Shown: in pieces, positions 7,156 to 8,433 of the stretch
Layout of the letters: the number at the start of each line of letters is the position of its first letter
Position numbering within the stretch: the first letter of the stretch is position 1
Virus genome (UHGV): UHGV-1374310
DNA: 8,433 nucleotides
Reading direction: 5' to 3' (one strand)
DNA from: a virus
Translations under genes and position numbers: made by a program
The notes under the pieces: model-generated
Databases searched by the model: none
What the model was told of the DNA's origin: nothing
Seen by the model: the letters and a program-made list of their open reading frames with translations, nothing else

Positions 7156-7389
7156 ATGCAATTTTTCACATCCAGCGATACTGTAATGTTATGTGCGAAG
7201 ACCTGCGATCGCTGTGGTCGCCATGCGAAGACGGTGGTAGATGACATTGAGTTCAATGAGTTTCTGTCTGTTAATCACTTAGCTGGATACGGTTCAATTT
7301 TTGGTGACAGTAATCGCTTAAAACTGGATTTATGCCAACATTGCCTGAAAGACGTCCTGGGCCAGTGGATTACGGTCTGTGACCAATGA
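7156..7389 (+). CDS. Hypothetical small zinc-ribbon protein (77 aa; CxxC...CxxC), accessory/cargo gene
   Basis: Strong SD GAGGAG 6 nt before the ATG; Cys pairs CDRC (near the N-terminus) and CQHC (near the C-terminus). Confidence 0.6.
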   Translation: MQFFTSSDTVMLCAKTCDRCGRHAKTVVDDIEFNEFLSVNHLAGYGSIFGDSNRLKLDLCQHCLKDVLGQWITVCDQ

Positions 7390-7427
7390 CGGCACCGGTA
7401 ACGCCAGTTCCCGCCATCCTTACCATT

Positions 7428-7460
7428 GGTGCGCATAATGTAGGACTCGTTATGTTGAAA
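7428..7460 (+). other. dif-like XerC/XerD recombination site with an extended 11-bp central region (candidate attP half-site 1)
   Basis: GGTGCGCATAA-TGTAGGACTCG-TTATGTTGAAA versus recalled E. coli dif GGTGCGCATAA-TGTATA-TTATGTTAAAT: XerC arm 11/11 plus the next 4 nt identical, XerD arm 9/11. Confidence 0.6.
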
Positions 7461-7494
7461 AGGCCGCTGCGAAAATCGAATCCCGCAGCGGCCT
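7461..7494. terminator. 11-bp-stem hairpin between the two dif-like sites; likely bidirectional terminator for the convergent gene blocks and apex of the putative attP fold
   Basis: AGGCCGCTGCG (7461-7471) and CGCAGCGGCCT (7484-7494) are exact reverse complements with a 12-nt loop; on the minus-strand transcript the stem is followed by UUUUCAACAUAAC. Lies between convergent genes ending at 7389 and 7537. Confidence 0.6.
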
Positions 7495-7521
7495 CTTTAG
7501 CATAACGTCATTGTGCGAACC
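7495..7521 (-). other. Second, inverted dif-like site (candidate attP half-site 2)
   Basis: Reverse complement of 7495-7521 reads GGTTCGCACAA-TGACG-TTATGCTAAAG: XerC-like arm 9/11 and XerD-like arm 9/11 to recalled dif, 5-nt centre; opposite orientation to site 1. Confidence 0.5.
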
Positions 7522-7536
7522 AAAATCTTTTAGATT

Positions 7537-7728
7537 TTATTTTCCGCAAGCAGGGCAGACGTTTGCATCACCAAATTGCATTGTAGTGCTTTTATTCACA
7601 CTAAAACTTTCGAATCCTTCACGTAAGGATTTTTTTTCACCATTAAAAAGATATGTTGTAAATTCTTTTTTCTCCGCATCAGTCAATTGAAGCCAGAGAG
7701 CTTTGACTTGATCTACTTTATAACTCAT
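7537..7728 (-). CDS. Hypothetical small protein (about 63 aa) ending in CPACGK; second gene of a minus-strand accessory pair
   Basis: Start chosen at the internal ATG (MSYKVDQVK...) because AAGGAG sits 6 nt upstream and overlaps the stop of the preceding gene; the track's longer form from 7770 would overlap that gene by 31 nt. Confidence 0.5.
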   Translation of the reverse strand: MSYKVDQVKALWLQLTDAEKKEFTTYLFNGEKKSLREGFESFSVNKSTTMQFGDANVCPACGK

Positions 7729-7739
7729 TTGTTTCTCCT

Positions 7740-8315
7740 TTATTTCACGAGATTGCCACAATTTGTGCAACCTTTCCGCTTGTTAAATTTAGTCGGTATT
7801 TTATTGCAACGTACGCATTCTTTATTTTTCTTTACCAGAATGTCGAACATAATCCGTTTCTTATCATTATTGCTAACATATTTTTCATCTTCCTTGGCAT
7901 TGAAGTCATCTTTTGATTTTATCACTGAAAACAAATGGTTAGCGGGTTGCTGGTTGCCTGTCTTTGATTTAAACATGCTCGACAGTTCGCCATACAAATC
8001 AGTTAGGAGTTTATTGAAAGAGTATGATTCCAGATATCGAGATAAATTTTCATCAGTCTTCATGACCAGCGTGTATAAATTAGAAAGCAAGACTATCACT
8101 GATAATATCCCTGTGCCCCAAACTAAAAAATCAAAATATTTGGAGCTGTGATCAACCGATGCGTATCCTCCAACTAGGACAGGGAGGGCAAATGATAGAT
8201 ATTGGTTTATTTTTAAAAGTCGTTCGCTTTTTTTGATTTTAGTTTTTAAGTAGTCAGCTGTTCCCTCTGCGTAAAATTTCCTGAGGTCCATTTCTTCATT
8301 CGGTTGCATACTCAT
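7740..8315 (-). CDS. Hypothetical 2-TM membrane protein with C-terminal C4 zinc ribbon (about 191 aa); candidate toxin, exclusion or defence effector
   Basis: ORF track 7740-8321 (GTG); I prefer the ATG at 8315 (AGGTG upstream). Two hydrophobic helices (LSFALPVLVGGYASV, LVWGTGILSVIVLLSNLYTLV), then a charged region ending CVRC...CTNC. Visibly AT-rich. The opposite-strand ORF 7687-8151 looks like a shadow. Confidence 0.6.
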   Translation of the reverse strand: MSMQPNEEMDLRKFYAEGTADYLKTKIKKSERLLKINQYLSFALPVLVGGYASVDHSSKYFDFLVWGTGILSVIVLLSNLYTLVMKTDENLSRYLESYSFNKLLTDLYGELSSMFKSKTGNQQPANHLFSVIKSKDDFNAKEDEKYVSNNDKKRIMFDILVKKNKECVRCNKIPTKFNKRKGCTNCGNLVK

Positions 8316-8433
8316 CTTCACCTTTCACAATATCAAACTAGCGCGGGCTGAAATTATAAAAAACCTGTAAATTCAAGTGATTGACATTCACCAATAATAT
8401 GAATTCCTTCTGTGCCACCAATAAAGCAGACCG

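Larger units (their letters stand above)
1..8433. mobile_element. Filamentous phage (Inoviridae, Ff/IKe-like) genome, near-complete or complete; free replicative form or prophage cannot be decided from the window alone
   Basis: Full Ff-order gene set gII-gV-gVII-gIX-gVIII-gIII-gVI-gI-gIV on the plus strand with short or overlapping junctions; accessory genes and a dif-like site pair on the flanks; no host housekeeping genes recognised. Confidence 0.8.

Noticed and set aside
7687-8151. Plus-strand 154-aa ORF
   Set aside because: Antisense to the minus-strand 2-TM zinc-ribbon gene, which has a better RBS, coupling to the downstream gene and a more protein-like sequence; this translation is low-complexity (runs of L, F, S).
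8322-8433. Promoter for the minus-strand accessory pair (TATAAT and TTGAAT hexamers on the minus strand)
   Set aside because: Spacing between the candidate -35 and -10 is about 12 bp, outside the 16-18 bp range; no convincing promoter could be defined by eye.
1-8433. Integrase, transposase, IS elements, tRNA or rRNA genes
   Set aside because: No ORF resembles a tyrosine or serine recombinase or a transposase, and no tRNA- or rRNA-like sequence was recognised; integration, if any, is inferred to be host XerCD-dependent.

Overview
The window reads as a nearly complete, possibly complete, filamentous phage (inovirus) genome of the Ff/IKe type. All calls rest on reading the sequence and on recalled protein and site sequences (M13, IKe, E. 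coli dif); no database search was run. The plus strand carries the canonical module in Ff order: gII (with in-frame gX), gV, gVII, gIX, gVIII, gIII, gVI, gI (with in-frame gXI) and gIV, spanning about 818-6660. The major coat protein is IKe-like, whereas the gV-position protein is strongly divergent. Downstream of gIV are two small cargo genes, then a pair of inverted dif-like XerC/XerD sites flanking an 11-bp stem-loop (7428-7521), which resembles the CTXphi attP arrangement. Beyond that, a minus-strand accessory pair encodes a 2-TM protein with a C-terminal zinc ribbon and a small partner. Upstream of gII, a small minus-strand regulator-like gene, palindromes and TGAACTCA direct repeats form a putative control region. 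A minus-strand membrane-protein gene runs off the left edge and would close in frame after 15 more codons if the molecule is circular. No integrase, transposase, tRNA, rRNA or CRISPR array was seen.
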